A stretch of DNA of 64,000 bases from Octopus sinensis (GCF_006345805.1 NC_043002.1:96968001-97032000); one strand, 5' to 3'; positions 37,985 through 51,786 are shown, counted from the first letter of the stretch. Program-made: numbers and translations. The notes: generated by a model not told the origin, from the letters alone.

Positions 37985-38205
37985 GTGTGTGGCGAGCTGG
38001 TAGAATCGTTAGCACGCCGGGCGAAGTGCTTAGTAGTATTTCGTCTGCTGTTACGTTCTGAGTTCAAATTCCGCCGAGGTCGACTTTGCCTTTCATCCTT
38101 TCGGGGTCGATTAAATAAGTACCAGTTACGCACTGGGGTCAATATAATTGACTTAATCCGTTTGTCCCCGCTGTGTTAAGCCCCTTGTGGGTAGTAAATA
38201 AATAG
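37985..38205 (+). mobile_element. SINE family B copy
   Basis: GGCGAGCTGGTAGAATCGTTAGCACGCCGGG head through AAATAAATAG tail. Confidence 0.9.
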
Positions 38206-38610
38206 TAAACATATATAAGGAGATTTTAGGACTATCATTTTTACTTGTTGCAAAATCTGCGACTGTGTGTGTTCGTTTGAAATTTATATATTTCGAGCAG
38301 TAGCGAGTTACAGCCATCTCTAGCAGACGATATCTCCAGTACTGAGGAATGGCAGAAATAGCACGAAACCAGAACTGGCCTACTGGTCATGTCGCTAGAA
38401 GGTAGTAGGGGTTAGCTCCCCTGCAAGCAATTCATCGGATGCAGCTGTGCATTGTTAACCAGGTAGTGGAGATGTTCTCTTGGAGTTAAAAATTCGCAGT
38501 AGAGTCTGTTCTAACGAACAAGCATGTTAAAGTAGCTACGAATATTACTTGTCAGTACAACTGCTGCGTTGGTCGCTTAAGGAGACTTTAAAACTAGCAT
38601 TTTTGCTTAG

Positions 38611-38648
<38 letters not shown>

Positions 38649-38690
38649 GTATGTATGTATGTATATATATGTATGTATGTGTATATATAT

Positions 38691-39340
38691 ATGCCAAAAC
38701 AACTCTTTTATGGAGAGTTAGCTAAAGGAGAACGACCTCCACGTAAACCAAAAGAGAGGTATAAGGACTTGCTGAAGGCTTCCTTAAGAGATGCTTGCAT
38801 CTCTCCTGACACACAGGAAGGCATAGCTATTTATCGTAGCAGGTGGAGAAGGATTGTGCATGAGGGGACAGCCACGTTTGAGAAATCTCGAGTTGCACAT
38901 GAGAAAGAAAGGAGGGCTGTCAGGAAGGGCATCGCTGTTACACTTCCAGAAGGGAAGGGTCTTCCTTTGATTCTGACATGCAATGTCTGTGCAAGACCCT
39001 GCCTCAGTAAAGCTGGACTCATGAGTCATCTTCGTAGTCACAAAACGAGACAGATAAGTGACAACCTGGCCACTGGTGGTAGTGTAACACACCATACTAA
39101 TCATATCTGTCGGGCATGTGGAAGAGAGTGTAATTCGGCAGGAGGACTTAAACGACATGCAAAGGTAGATGAAGCCCAGCTACAACTACAGCCGGCTATT
39201 ACCAGTAAAGGTCTTAGTTGCCAATTTTGTACAAGACATTGTAGATCTTTAGCTGGGCTAAAAAGTCACATTCGATCACAGCGCCAGTAATAGTTAAGCT
39301 TCGTGCAATGGCCATACTCGATAACGAGGGGGCAGCCATA
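38691..39340 (+). mobile_element. RTE LINE 3' end (ORF2 C-terminus with three C2H2-type fingers, plus 3' UTR), copy 1
   Basis: PKQLFYGEL..GERPPRKPKERYKDLLK..RSRWRRIVHEG (RTE C-terminal motif), CNVC-x12-HLRSH etc.; stop at 39290. Confidence 0.9.
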
Positions 39341-39390
39341 ATATATATGTATGTATGTATGTATATATATGTATGTATGTGTATATATAT

Positions 39391-40040
39391 ATGCCAAAAC
39401 AACTCTTTTATGGAGAGTTAGCTAAAGGAGAACGACCTCCACGTAAACCAAAAGAGAGGTATAAGGACTTGCTGAAGGCTTCCTTAAGAGATGCTTGCAT
39501 CTCTCATGACACATGGGAAGGCATAGCTATTTATCGTAGCAGGTGGAGAAGGATTGTGCATGAGGGGACAGCCACGTTTGAGAAATCTCGAGTTGCACAT
39601 GAGAAAGAAAGGAGGGCTGTCAGGAAGGGCATCGCTGTTACACTTCCAGAAGGGAAGGGTCTTCCTTTGATTCTGACATGCAATGTCTGTGCAAGACCCT
39701 GCCTCAGTAAAGCTGGACTCATGAGTCATCTTCTTAGTCATAAAACGAGACAGATAAGTGACAACCTGGCCACTGGTGATGGTGTAACACACCATACTAG
39801 TCATATCTGTCGGGCATGTGGAAGAGAGTGTAATTCGGCAGGAGGACTTAAACGACATGCAAAGGTACATGAAGCCCAGCTACAACTACAGCCGGCTATT
39901 ACCAGTAAAGGTCTTAGTTGCCAATTTTGTACAAGACATTGTAGATCTTTAGCTGGGCTAAAAAGTCACATTCGATCACAGCGCCAGTAATAGTTAAGCT
40001 TCGTGCAATGGCCATACTCGATAACGAGGGGGCAGCCATA
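39391..40040 (+). mobile_element. RTE LINE 3' end, copy 2 (700-bp tandem duplicate)
   Basis: Same sequence offset by 700 bp; I count 9 substitutions in the coding part. Confidence 0.9.
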
Positions 40041-40072
40041 ATATATATGTATGCATGTGTATATATATATGC

Positions 40073-40120
<48 letters not shown>

Positions 40121-40286
40121 ATGTGTGTGTGTGTGTATGTGTGTGTATGTAGCTTGAGGAAAACTTTTTTCATGGCCATAGATTCCCACAAGAGTTGTGA
40201 GAGAATTTAGATAGAAGTAAATTCTTAGGACGTCCACCCATCAACGCTTGCGTTCGAGTTCTCTAAATGGTAAGCTAAATCCAGTT

Positions 40287-40329
<43 letters not shown>

Positions 40330-40702
40330 ATATATATATATGCATGCATACATACAAACATACATGCATACATAATATATACATACATACACACATACAT
40401 GCATACATACATACATTACATACATAGATACATACATACATACATACATAGATTACATACATACATACATACACACATACACACATACATACATACATAC
40501 ATACATACATACATACATACACACATACATACACACATACATACACACATACACACATACATACATACATACATACATACATACATACATACATACATAC
40601 ATACATACGTACATACATACATACATTGCTGTGGTATAAATGGGAGGCGTTTCTCTAAGTTTTATATTCTTTAACAATAATTATTTTTTCTTTGATTTCC
40701 AG

Positions 40703-40761
40703 AGCATCAAAGAGCTGAAACTTTATGGAAACAAAATATTAGTTGTGGAAAATTTGGACAA
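40703..40761 (+). CDS. LRR gene exon 5 (SIKELKLYGNKILVVENLD+AA)
   Basis: Acceptor TTTGATTTCCAG, donor CAA|GTAAGA, 59 nt phase 0-2; LRR motif IKELKLYGNKIxxVENL. Confidence 0.9.
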
Positions 40762-42312
40762 GTAAGAGAAATTATTATAACACTCTAAAAATTGATAATG
40801 TCTTCTTAGCAGCGCATTAATGCCCATTAAAATATGTTCGATTTTTTCAACTCTAAGTTCCACCATAATTGACTAGCATACGACATAAATAGCCTCTTCG
40901 TGAACATTCAACCAGCAAGAAGTTATAGTTACATCTTAAATCGCACCTCACTACCTTAAAGATAGAACACATTGAAAAATGAAATCCATGTATACTTTTT
41001 CCAGGAAAACCCAATGAGTTCGCCATTATCTGTATAACTTTGGCCATAGGCCTACTCTATTAGGTCCGCCTTAGTGTTAACAGCAACTATAAGAGAGATA
41101 GAAGCGAAACGTCCTGTGAGCTGAAACTGAAATTTAGCCTGTATTCTCAGTCGAAAACAAATTCACTTCATTTTTAACACTAATATGTTGAGAAAAGGCA
41201 TGAACATCACAAACACTCAAAAATAATTCTTAAAATCTTATGGCACATCAAAAAAGTTACGAAGTTGGTGAATTTTGTGGAAAAATCCTAACGATGCAAA
41301 AGCCAGTCTTAATTCGTTTACACTACTATGTAACGATTTGAGAGTACTATTCCTTCTACTCTGTTGGAAACCATTCTTAAATATCTAGACATATCTGCAC
41401 TATTCTAACACGACTTTAAGACAATATCCTTTATATTCACTCCATAACCTGCTTAAGTCAAATTTACTTTTCATCTGTAGACAAACTCGGCCTCTAGGTA
41501 TGTCTAAAAGTTTTTGAAAAATACCTATAACTAATTAATCAAAATTCTTTGGAAAATTGAAACGTTTCTGATAGAAGAGAATTTTGTCTTTACTGTTTTC
41601 TGAGTAAGTAATGGGTATGTTTCAGCATTATGAGAGCTCTTCAGTGAAGCACTTTCTTGAGTAGAAGAAACGTAGTGAGGCTGATTTTCTATATCAACAA
41701 TAGCGCTTAAATAATATAAAGGCAAGCCTTTTACATTGTGAAAACATATACGGTAGGATCTCACGTAATACGTAATAGAGTGAGTCGAAATAGCATTCAT
41801 TAACCGATATTATCAATTCACTTAATACACAAAAATTCACTTAGTACACAAACAAAAATTTCTTGAAAATTAGAACTAACAATCAAGGGAGATAACTCCG
41901 ACAAAATCATCTAATTGATGCCGATATGAAAAAATTTATTTTGCCTTGAAAGCCATCTGGCGTATGCAAAGGATATGTTTCGGCTTTATTTGGTCTCTTC
42001 AGCAAAGTATAACACCTTAGAAGCTTATACTGTCCCATAGAATATGATGCAGCGATGCAGCATCGTGGAACAATATACAGAGTCATATAACACCAGAGTA
42101 TAGAGAATAGTATACAACCTCATATCGAGTGATAGGGCACCATACAATACCATAAAGTACCAAGCATTATATAGCACTACGCAGGCTTATAGAATACATT
42201 ATACACCATAATATTACCACACTCACGCACCATACAATATCACACGACATTACATTAACATATCACAATATAGTGAGCCATGCAACATACAGAAAGAAAG
42301 AGATAGAGATAG

Positions 42313-42369
<57 letters not shown>

Positions 42370-42978
42370 TATACATATATACATGCATGCAGGTGCTATC
42401 ACACACAGACACTTATACACGCATACACACGTACACACCCACATGCTCACTTATACCAGGTTTCAATGCAGAAACGACATCCATCTGATCAGCAAGCATT
42501 TTTCTTCAACTCTGCAACGTTATGAAACAGCAGCAGATGCCTCTCACTGTGTCCCTTACACAGTTTGATCTAAATATATTGAAGACTGTCACCAAATTCA
42601 AACTTAGTTGCATACCATCCTCCATCTTTTTCGCAATCCCTGTTGGCCGTTGTGGCTCAGATACTGACGTCATGCGATATATTTTTCACCAGTATCTTTC
42701 ATTTCTAATCGTTGAAAGTCCTTCCTTCCATCCGCTCGATTTCTTATCCTACTTTTAACATTAAAGAGTTCTGATTTAACATTAGCTGCTGTAGCCAATC
42801 TCAGCTACTGCATGCTCAATGCTTAAGGAACGATAAGCTTACAGTTAGCAGCAGTCCATCTTCTGCTTTTCAGACGAGTAATCAAAAGGTCTGACAGGGA
42901 ACAAACATTGTTAACGTTAGTGAATGTCTGTATGATATATATGTATAATATATATATATATATATATGTATATATATG

Positions 42979-43010
<32 letters not shown>

Positions 43011-43014
43011 ATAT

Positions 43015-43046
<32 letters not shown>

Positions 43047-43179
43047 ATATATATACATATATACATATATACATATATACATATATATATATGTACATAT
43101 ATATATATAATATATACATATATATATATATGTATATATATATACGCATATATATATACACACATATATAGATAGATAT

Positions 43180-43243
<64 letters not shown>

Positions 43244-43522
43244 CGTATACATGTTTATGTCTCTCTCTCTTCATATACATATATACATATGCGTATGCGT
43301 GTGTGTGTGTGTGAAGCAGAGTTTACTCTTAAGCGATATATGTATAAATATACGCATGTATGTATGTATATATATATATACATACATACATACATAAATA
43401 CATACATACATATTTATACATATATACATATATATATATATACATATATACATATATGCATGTATATATTTATATCTATACATATATATGTATATATCTT
43501 TATATGTATATATATATATATC

Positions 43523-43620
<98 letters not shown>

Positions 43621-44262
43621 ATATATATATATGTATATATATGTATATATCTTTGGGCCCGTATGTATACGTGTGTGTGAATGCATGCAAGAGTGTGCGT
43701 GCTCGCGTGAGCAAACACACATGTGAGCGCGAGCGTGTATTTTGTGTTGGTGGCAGCGAAATACGGGTTTTGTTTGGGAGCAGAACAGCCTGTATGTGTG
43801 TGTTTGTGTGTGTATGTGTGTGTGTGTGTGTGTGTGTGCTTAATAGAGCATCCACTTAACGAGAATCATCGTGCGTATGTATGTGGACAAGCACGATCAT
43901 ATATGTTCACTGTTTTGCGCTTGTGTGCAAGGAGGAAAGAGCAGATTTGTGTGCAGTGGTGGGTGGATGTAAGACGTTATTTCAAGTTCTTTCATTATAA
44001 ATAATGTAATGCCGTTAACAAGTAAATAAAAATAACAATAAGAACAGGAGACGACAAAGAAGAGTTAGATAACAATTGCCAACATGGTCAATGTTATCTG
44101 CGCTTTCTTTGTTGCCAAGCTCCTTTTAATAGACCTACATTTATCTAATTCTCCTTTTCAATTTATACAACGTTAATGTATTACGCAAACACATGTCCAC
44201 ACAACATATCTGCTCACATATTCAAGGACGTATACAATCACATATTCGCGCACAAGCACAAT

Positions 44263-44310
<48 letters not shown>

Positions 44311-44929
44311 TTCACAAACGAATATGAAACTTCTCTTCAAGTAATAATGCACATCAAGTTAAAGTACCATGAGTGGCCAGAATTTTAGTCGGAATTTCAA
44401 ATCTTCTGGTACGGTATTATGTTTGAAATGCTATCATTATATTTTGTCGATATATTGAGAAAGAGAAAGAGAAAGAGAGAGAGAGAGAGAGAGGGGGGAT
44501 AGATTGAGATGAATATAGTTTAGTTAATCATTTCTTCCTTGCCATGACTGTTGAATACAGGTCTTGTTGTATCTCTCCATACTTCCAGCTTTCTGTGTCT
44601 GCTTCTCCGAATTTCGTAATAATCCAAGTTCTCTCTCATTGGCGATGTTGGTGATTATATTTGGTTGACGAACAGAATAGTAGGCCTTGTAACGTTAATC
44701 CATAATGTTTAGGGCTTTGCTCGAATCTTGCTTTAATCCTTCTGATCCAACAAGAACGTTCTTTTAAAGTTATTCTATATTTAATTTTTTAGGCGCAATA
44801 AGTAGGAGATTGCAATTCTACTGTATTATGGTGGCTCATTATACATCAGTAAAGATCGATAAATGATTAAATCGATTGGTATTTTATTTTATCGATCCGT
44901 GAACAACAAATAGTAATATTTTTTTTTAA

Positions 44930-45340
44930 TTTTGGTATAAAGCCAGAAAGTTTTGGGGGAAGGGTTTGGTTGATTACATCGACCCAAGTGCTCAACTGGT
45001 ACTTATTTTAGATGCTCCGAAATGATGAAAGGTAAAGTTGGTCTCGGCAGAATTTGATATCAGGACGTAAAGGCGGACGAAATGCCGCTAGGTATTTTAA
45101 GATACTTATTTCTTTACTATCCACGAGGGGCCACACACAGAGAGGACAAACAAGGAGAAGACAAACGGATTAAGTCAATTATATCGACCCCAGTGCGTAA
45201 CTGGTACTTATTTAATCGACCCCGAAAGGATGAAAGGCAAAGTCAATCTCGGCGGAATTTGAACTCAGAACGTAGCAGCAGACGAAATACCGCTAAGCAT
45301 TTCGCCTGGCATGCTATCATTTCTGCCAGCTCTCCGCCTT
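44930..45340 (-). mobile_element. Two SINE family B copies (one old, one young)
   Basis: Family B core. Confidence 0.85.
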
Positions 45341-45569
45341 TACAACAAATGGTAATATTGCCATGTGATTTAAAGAGAAAACGTATACGGTGAACACTTG
45401 GGTAGTGAGGGTAGTGCTGTGCCCCCTCTACCCATTCAGTCGGTAAATCCCATTCCGTCGCAACCCCAGACCTCTCTGAGGTTCTTCACCGATGTAGGTG
45501 ACAAAAATCACACAAAACAGCATCACGAGTATGCTGTTGTCACCCAGGAATATATGTTTCTATCCTCCT

Positions 45570-45830
45570 CAATGCTAATTCTAGCTGCACCACTCATACT
45601 CTCGCGTGAGCTCAATCTAATATAAATTGCTTTCTCAGCGGCTTCTAACAATTTTCAGCAACTTTTTTCCTCTCCTTCGTAGCTACTCCAAAACTCCTTC
45701 TCATTGAGTGAACCCAGGTTCCAACAAATCTCCTAACACTTATCTCTATAGGAAGACATTTCTTTCACAGATTTCAACTATTTCACTGTAATTTCTGTCT
45801 TTCTTGATGAAAGCGTTTTTGAAAAAGTCA
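45570..45830 (-). mobile_element. NeSL/HERO-like LINE C-terminal (restriction-like endonuclease region) relic
   Basis: YSEIVEICE..LPIEISVRRFVG..SMRRSFGV..KKVAENC*EAAEKA..I resembles the PxEVGxRGF motif region of these elements. Confidence 0.55.
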
Positions 45831-46424
45831 AAAGATCACAAGGTATTTTGTTCGACGCTCTGCTGATTCTCACAAACCACAACTTTTCTGAGCTTGATAC
45901 ATTTCCCTTCATTACATATTTGTACAAATTATTCACACTAATTATGAAATTTTAAGCTGATAGAGGGTGCGGCAAAAAAATCTTCCATATGGCTATGTTT
46001 GGAGTGCTAGTAAGGTTCGACAGATCATGATGGTATCTACACATAACGGTATATTGTTTTTCTCTTTTTATCAGTTACCACTATGGATAGTACTAGTGTG
46101 ATATACATTGTATCTTTGCCGTTAAAAAGTTTATCAAGAGAGGTGAACCCGGGAGATGTTTTTCTCTCACCCTGTTCAGTCGAATTATTTCGCCACAGAT
46201 GCCTGCGCCATTATAATTATTACTTTCTATTAATGTACCTAGAATCTTGCAAAGACTTCATTATTATATCAAACATTATACATTTATAATGCTGAGACAG
46301 TAATGGGATTTAGAAAAGCTATCAGTTCTTGTATGACAGATCGTTTTTAGAGATTTGTGTACAACTAGAAAGAGAAGAGCAATAATATGATATAGAAGGT
46401 GAAGTGGGATAAAGAAAGTTAGTT

Positions 46425-46730
46425 GTTGCTGGTTGTTCCTTCTCGAGCCACGCCTGGCTCATAAGGGCCGGTTTCCCAGTTTCCTTGACGTATAGGTTTC
46501 CCACCTGGACGGGATGCCGGTCCATCGCAGGTGAGCTGCAAGATGCAGGAGGACAGAATGAGAGTAAGTTGTGGCGAAAGAGTCAGCAGAAGTTCGCCGT
46601 TACCTTCTGCCGGAGCCGCGTGGAGCTTAGGTGTTTCATAAACACACACATCGCCCGGTCTGAGATTCGAACCCGCGATCCCTCGACTGCGAACCCACTG
46701 CTCTAACCACTAGGCCATGTGCCTCCACAA
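46425..46730 (-). mobile_element. tRNA-derived SINE family D
   Basis: Head GGAGGCACATGGCCTAGTGGTTAGAGC..GGTTCGAATCTC, (CAA)n-like tail. Confidence 0.8.
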
Positions 46731-46844
46731 AGAATGTTAGTATGACTGTCTAAATCGCACATATTCTACTACAGCATACTGTAATGCATGAATAAAAACA
46801 AGTGTGTGTATTTATTCGGTAAACAGTCAATATTAAGTAACAAA

Positions 46845-47060
46845 CAAGGTGGCAAGCTGGCGAAGTTGTTAGCACGCCGGAAAAATGCTTAGCGGCATTT
46901 CGTCCGTTTTTACGTTCTGAGTTCAAATTCCTCCGAGGTAGACTTACCCTTTCACTATTTCAAGGTCAATAAAATAAGTGCCAGAGGAATACTGGAGTTG
47001 ATGTAATCGACTTACCCCCTCCGATGTACTTGTTGGCCTTGTGCGAAAATTTGAAATCAG
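46845..47060 (+). mobile_element. Diverged SINE family B copy
   Basis: Family B head and core. Confidence 0.75.
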
Positions 47061-47690
47061 TATTAATTTACGAACAATATATTTTAAAACTCATTTCAAA
47101 TAGAATTGCCGGCTAAATAGGAAGTTGTCAGGGAAATTAGTTGTTTTTTTCTTATATATATATTTTAATCCTTTCCAATTTCTGAGATATTTGAACTAAC
47201 ACGAAAATTATTTTTATCTTAATGTTTTATGATTTGTTTTGTAACTCTATTCTTTCGCTACAACTTACGTTTACTTTTCTCTTAAATTTTTATACATTTT
47301 ACGTGTTCTAACACCTGACCCAAAAGAATGAGGCTGGGGGGCGAACTAATTTATCTGACAACTCAACATATCACGGAATATTTTTTTGTTTGTTCTTCAG
47401 ATATCATACATAACCATAGATTTCATTTCCATTAGTTTTCAAGCTACCTTCCTATACTGGTTTCAAATTTTGGCACAAGGTCAGCCAACTCCGAAAGGAT
47501 GAAAGGCAAAGTCGATCCGGGCGGCGTTCGAACTCAAAGCATAAAGATGGACGAAATGTTGCTAAGCATTTTGCTCAAACTGTCCTCATCTATCGAAGTC
47601 ATGCTTATATCTCTGTATATTTTACAATCGAGCTTTTGAATTAATAATGTCTCAATTAACCAACTATTTTCACAAATAGTAATTTTTCAT

Positions 47691-48058
47691 TTCTATATTT
47701 AAGAGATGAGGAATTACGTGCATTATTTACATTATTTACATTGGACGGATATTTGTCCTGATCTTGTTTGCTGTTAACACAACGTTTCGGCTGATATACC
47801 CTCCAGCATTCATCAGGTGTCTTGGAGAAATTTCGGACCTGGGTTCTTATTCCTAAGGTATTTTTCGATGTTATTAATGTTATTATTATTCAGGTCACTG
47901 CGTGGAATCGAACTCGGAATCCTGGGGTTAGTAGCGCGCTCCTAACCACTACACCATATTCCCCAAGATACCTGATGAAGCCTAGAGAATATATCAGCCG
48001 AAACGTTGTGCTAACAACAAAGAAGACGAGGATAAATATCCGTCAAATGTAAATAATA
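47691..48058 (-). mobile_element. tRNA-headed element with minimal hammerhead ribozyme motif (47963 to 47691) plus inverted partial terminus (47961-48058)
   Basis: A box TGGTGTAGTGG, B box AGTTCGATTCC, then GACAC-CTGATGA-A-tGCTG..CAGCC-GAAA-CGT-T-GTGTT; a second, forward copy of the ribozyme/tail segment abuts the head. Confidence 0.7.
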
Positions 48059-48091
48059 GTAATTTTTCGTTTACATTTTTTCATATTCAAG

Positions 48092-48144
48092 GTTACGTGA
48101 GTTACAGTACCTAAAGCTACAGCATAACCAACTCAAGTCATTTG
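48092..48144 (+). CDS. LRR gene exon 6 (K-LRELQYLKLQHNQLKSF+G)
   Basis: Acceptor TTTTTTCATATTCAAG, donor TTG|GTAAGT, 53 nt phase 2-1, completes AAG with exon 5; LRR motif LxxLxYLxLxHNxL. Confidence 0.88.
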
Positions 48145-50094
48145 GTAAGTTTAAGTAGAACATCTAATTTTTCTTTCATTTTCATATGATTCTTTGCCTA
48201 AGTTTATGTTGCACAACGCTTTGCTGATACAAAGCGTTGTACAGACGTATAACATACAGGGAATCAGTTGAATGGCTAAGTGTAATCTACAGATGCATGC
48301 TTTCAGATGCGCTATATCTACGTTGCAGAAGTATGCTGCATGGACTTTGCAACTTAATAAGTAGATTGCTGTTTATCGTTCTCTGTTGGTCTTAACTGTA
48401 GAAGTGCAGAGCAGGGCTAAGCGGAATCTTATAGTTAGAATAATGCAAGTTAGGGGATGTTGCATAAATCATTATTTTTACTACATCTAAGTTATATAAG
48501 AACTGGAATGTTTGAGTTGAGAAGTCCGAACCTGTAAGCAAATTAATGAGTTATAGTAGACGTAATAAGGATGAGGTTTTCTAAACGTTTGAATAGCAAA
48601 CACGCGAAGACGGACGTCTGAGTGAGGTGCTTCTATTTTACTTGTTTCAGTCATTGGACTGCGGCCATGATGGGGCACGACATTGAAGTGTTTAGTCGAA
48701 CAGACTAACTCAGTACTTACTTTAAATTCTAGTACTTATTCTAACGGATCTCTTTTGCCGAACCACTAAGTCATTAAGTTACCGAGGCGTAAACAACCAA
48801 TACCAATTGTCAAACGGTGAGAGAAACAAACACCAACACAAATACACTCGCATATACACACGGCGAGCTTCATACACACTTTGCGTCTACGAAATCTATT
48901 TGACTCTGGACCATAGTAGAAAACACATTCTCAAGGTACTGTGCACAGGAACAGAACCTAAAACAACATGAGTTAAAGCAAACTTCTTAAACATACAGTT
49001 ATATGTGCACCATTACAATTTAAAAATCGATTAATGTAGAAATAAGAGCATGGAAGTAGTGATGAAAAGATATTGCCAGGATGAAAGCGTGGGGTTACTG
49101 GAAGGGAGTTTCGTAGTGAAAGTATAAAATGATGGTCATAGCGTTGACCCGCACTTTGAGAATTGCAAACCGACTTGGATAAAGAAGCATCAAAATTTAG
49201 GAGCAAACATGATAAGCAGATTGATTTGGGGGGAACGTGGCGCCCTATTTTTGTATCTTCACTGCTATATAACATAAGAATAGAACACTAAGCAAAATGG
49301 TACACAAGCTACTTTTAAAGGGATACATCGGTCTATGATGGGTTAAATATTTTCTTAATGTAGTTATCCAACATTTTTGAATAACGCTCTCAGTATGATT
49401 GCAATTGAATATCGCAATCAATATCACACAATAGTGGAGATATGTTGCTATGTCTGCGTTCTGCTATGGAATATACACATGCTAAACATTATTGGAATTA
49501 TTTTGATGGTACGAATACAATGTTTTATTGAACAATGATTAGTAATTTCACAATTGTACACGTCATGTGGTTGCTTGATGCCAATACCAATACGTTAGGC
49601 TGGAGCAATCTGCAATCGAATATTCATATGTGGAACAAACGATTGGCGCAACGATTTCAACCGACACATTAGACGAATACAAGCTTTCAAAGACCGGGTA
49701 TTCAAATACATCTTACTCTCATATATGAGACAATGGAGTGAAGACTGATTTACTGGTCTAAAACCAGAGACCTAAAGATCCTGCAATGTTTATGAATGCA
49801 TAACAAAAACGATGTAGACAAAGATAAAAATCATTAGTATATTATACGTATTGTTCTGTTTTCCTAAAGAATAGTCTGTAAAGATAAGATTACGAGAATA
49901 TCTTTAATGCAACATACGAACATGGACACAATCTTTCTACATCATAAACCTTTAGAGAATTATACATAGATATACACACACTTTTATATATGTATGCATG
50001 TGTATGTATGCATATGTATACATATGTATGTATTTATACATACATATGACTTTATATCTATCTACATATATAACTATATGTAGATAGATATATG

Positions 50095-50280
50095 TGACCG
50101 CGTGTGTACCGTTGACGATTTTTTCCTCTGTCTTCCCTTCTCTGGATCTTTCCTTCTCCTATGTTTCCGACGACGAGCTCCGCTTCCTTCCTGAGCGTCC
50201 AATAATACTATATTTGTTCCACGTCCTCGCGTTGTTGTGTTTTCTCTTTGTGTTTTCATGTTTGGATTAACTTTATAACT
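50095..50280 (+). mobile_element. Penelope-type terminal repeat family (also about 14945-15015 +, 51840-51945 -, 60780-60960 -)
   Basis: Shared GTCCAATAATACTATATTTGTTCCACGTCCTCGCGTTGTTGTG; the 60.9-kb copy has CTGACGA-A-GAG..CTC-GAAA-CGTT and is a more distant relative. Confidence 0.55.
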
Positions 50281-51329
50281 ATATATACATACATGTATGT
50301 GTGTGTGTACATTTGTGTGACCTATGTATGTATGTATGTATGTATCTATCTATCTAGCTAGCTAGCTAGTTATATCTGTATATGCAAATATATGTTATAT
50401 ATATACATGAATATATTTATATATATGCAGCGATAAAATATATACATGTATAGATATAGTGAGAGAGAGGGAGAGAGAGGAAGAGAGAGAGAGAAATCTG
50501 GTATTTTGGGAAGGTGATCTTACTATGACTCTGGGCCGGCTAAAACACAGTAAATGGATTCGGTCGACGGGATGCTGGAAGGTAGGTTGCCACGTACGCA
50601 TGCATTTATCCATTTATATGTTTATAATATATATATATATATATATGGGGAAATCCAGAGATGCTTAATATAGAATACACGTAATAGTGCTCAGTTGATT
50701 TGAGCATACACTACGAAGTCTTTATCGTTGACTAAGTGCGGGGGGGGGTCGGGTTAAGATTGGCTATAAAAGGAATCCAGTTGAGCTTACATGTAGTTAG
50801 TGATGCAAATAAGTACGACGGGACTTGATATGTAAAATAAACATTCATGCATAGATGTAGAGAGAAAGCAATTAAATAATTATATATCTAGAGAATAGAT
50901 TTACATGGAGTACAAAAAGAACAGATACAGAAAACTAAGAGAGGGTATAGAATTTTAAGTCCAACAGCTGTTTCTAGGATCTCAGAATTACGTAATTGTC
51001 GTAGTTTGCAAATTGGTGTAGTTTGCAAACAGTCAAGGGTGTGCAACAAGTAGTGGATGCATACAAACATTTCTGTAAGTGCGGCCTCCGTTTTTAGGAT
51101 GGAGAGATTAGCATCTAACATTTCATATCATAATTCAGGGAATTTAAACGGGTGAAGAAGAACGCAAATAGTAATGGGTGGAAGGAGGAAGTAAGCGGTT
51201 CGGAGGTGGGCGGAGTGTTGCAACAGCGGAAGGTTAAGAAGAGGTAGGAAACACAGAGCAGGAAGAGGGAGAAGGTAAGTGAAGTCGAAGGGTGAATCGA
51301 AAATGGGTAGTATTATGTAGGCAATATTT

Positions 51330-51660
51330 CCCTTTTCTCTTCGAGATTTCAGTATTCATGCGTCGGCGCATATTCACTGCGTGCTCTAAGTAGACGTACT
51401 CCTATACTTCCTCGATTTCATTGGTTTCCATCACTATTCGACCATGCGCAACATATTCGCACCCCTTTTTTAAATTTGTGTTCATGTGGCTCATTTTAAG
51501 GCCTCCTACCGGGATATGGGTGTCTCGCTCTGTCAGCAAGGTCTGCAATTGATTTATATTTTGGCAATGTGTAGGTTGTCATTTGTGAATCTGTGGTGTC
51601 TTAGTAGCTCGCCGTTGATGTTCACGCCACCTATCCGGTCAAGAAGAGTGCAGTTGAAGG
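51330..51660 (-). mobile_element. Degenerate RTE RT fragment
   Basis: GVNINGELLRHHRF..IVMETNEIEEV*EYVYL..NTEISKR. Confidence 0.7.
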
Positions 51661-51786
51661 AGTAAGCATGTTACCGTAAAGTTTCTATAAGAACTACAAT
51701 ACGATGGATTACATATTTATTCTGACTTGGGAAGGATGGCAAATACATCATCCCTCCATAGCTCTTCATCACATGCCTAGAAATGA

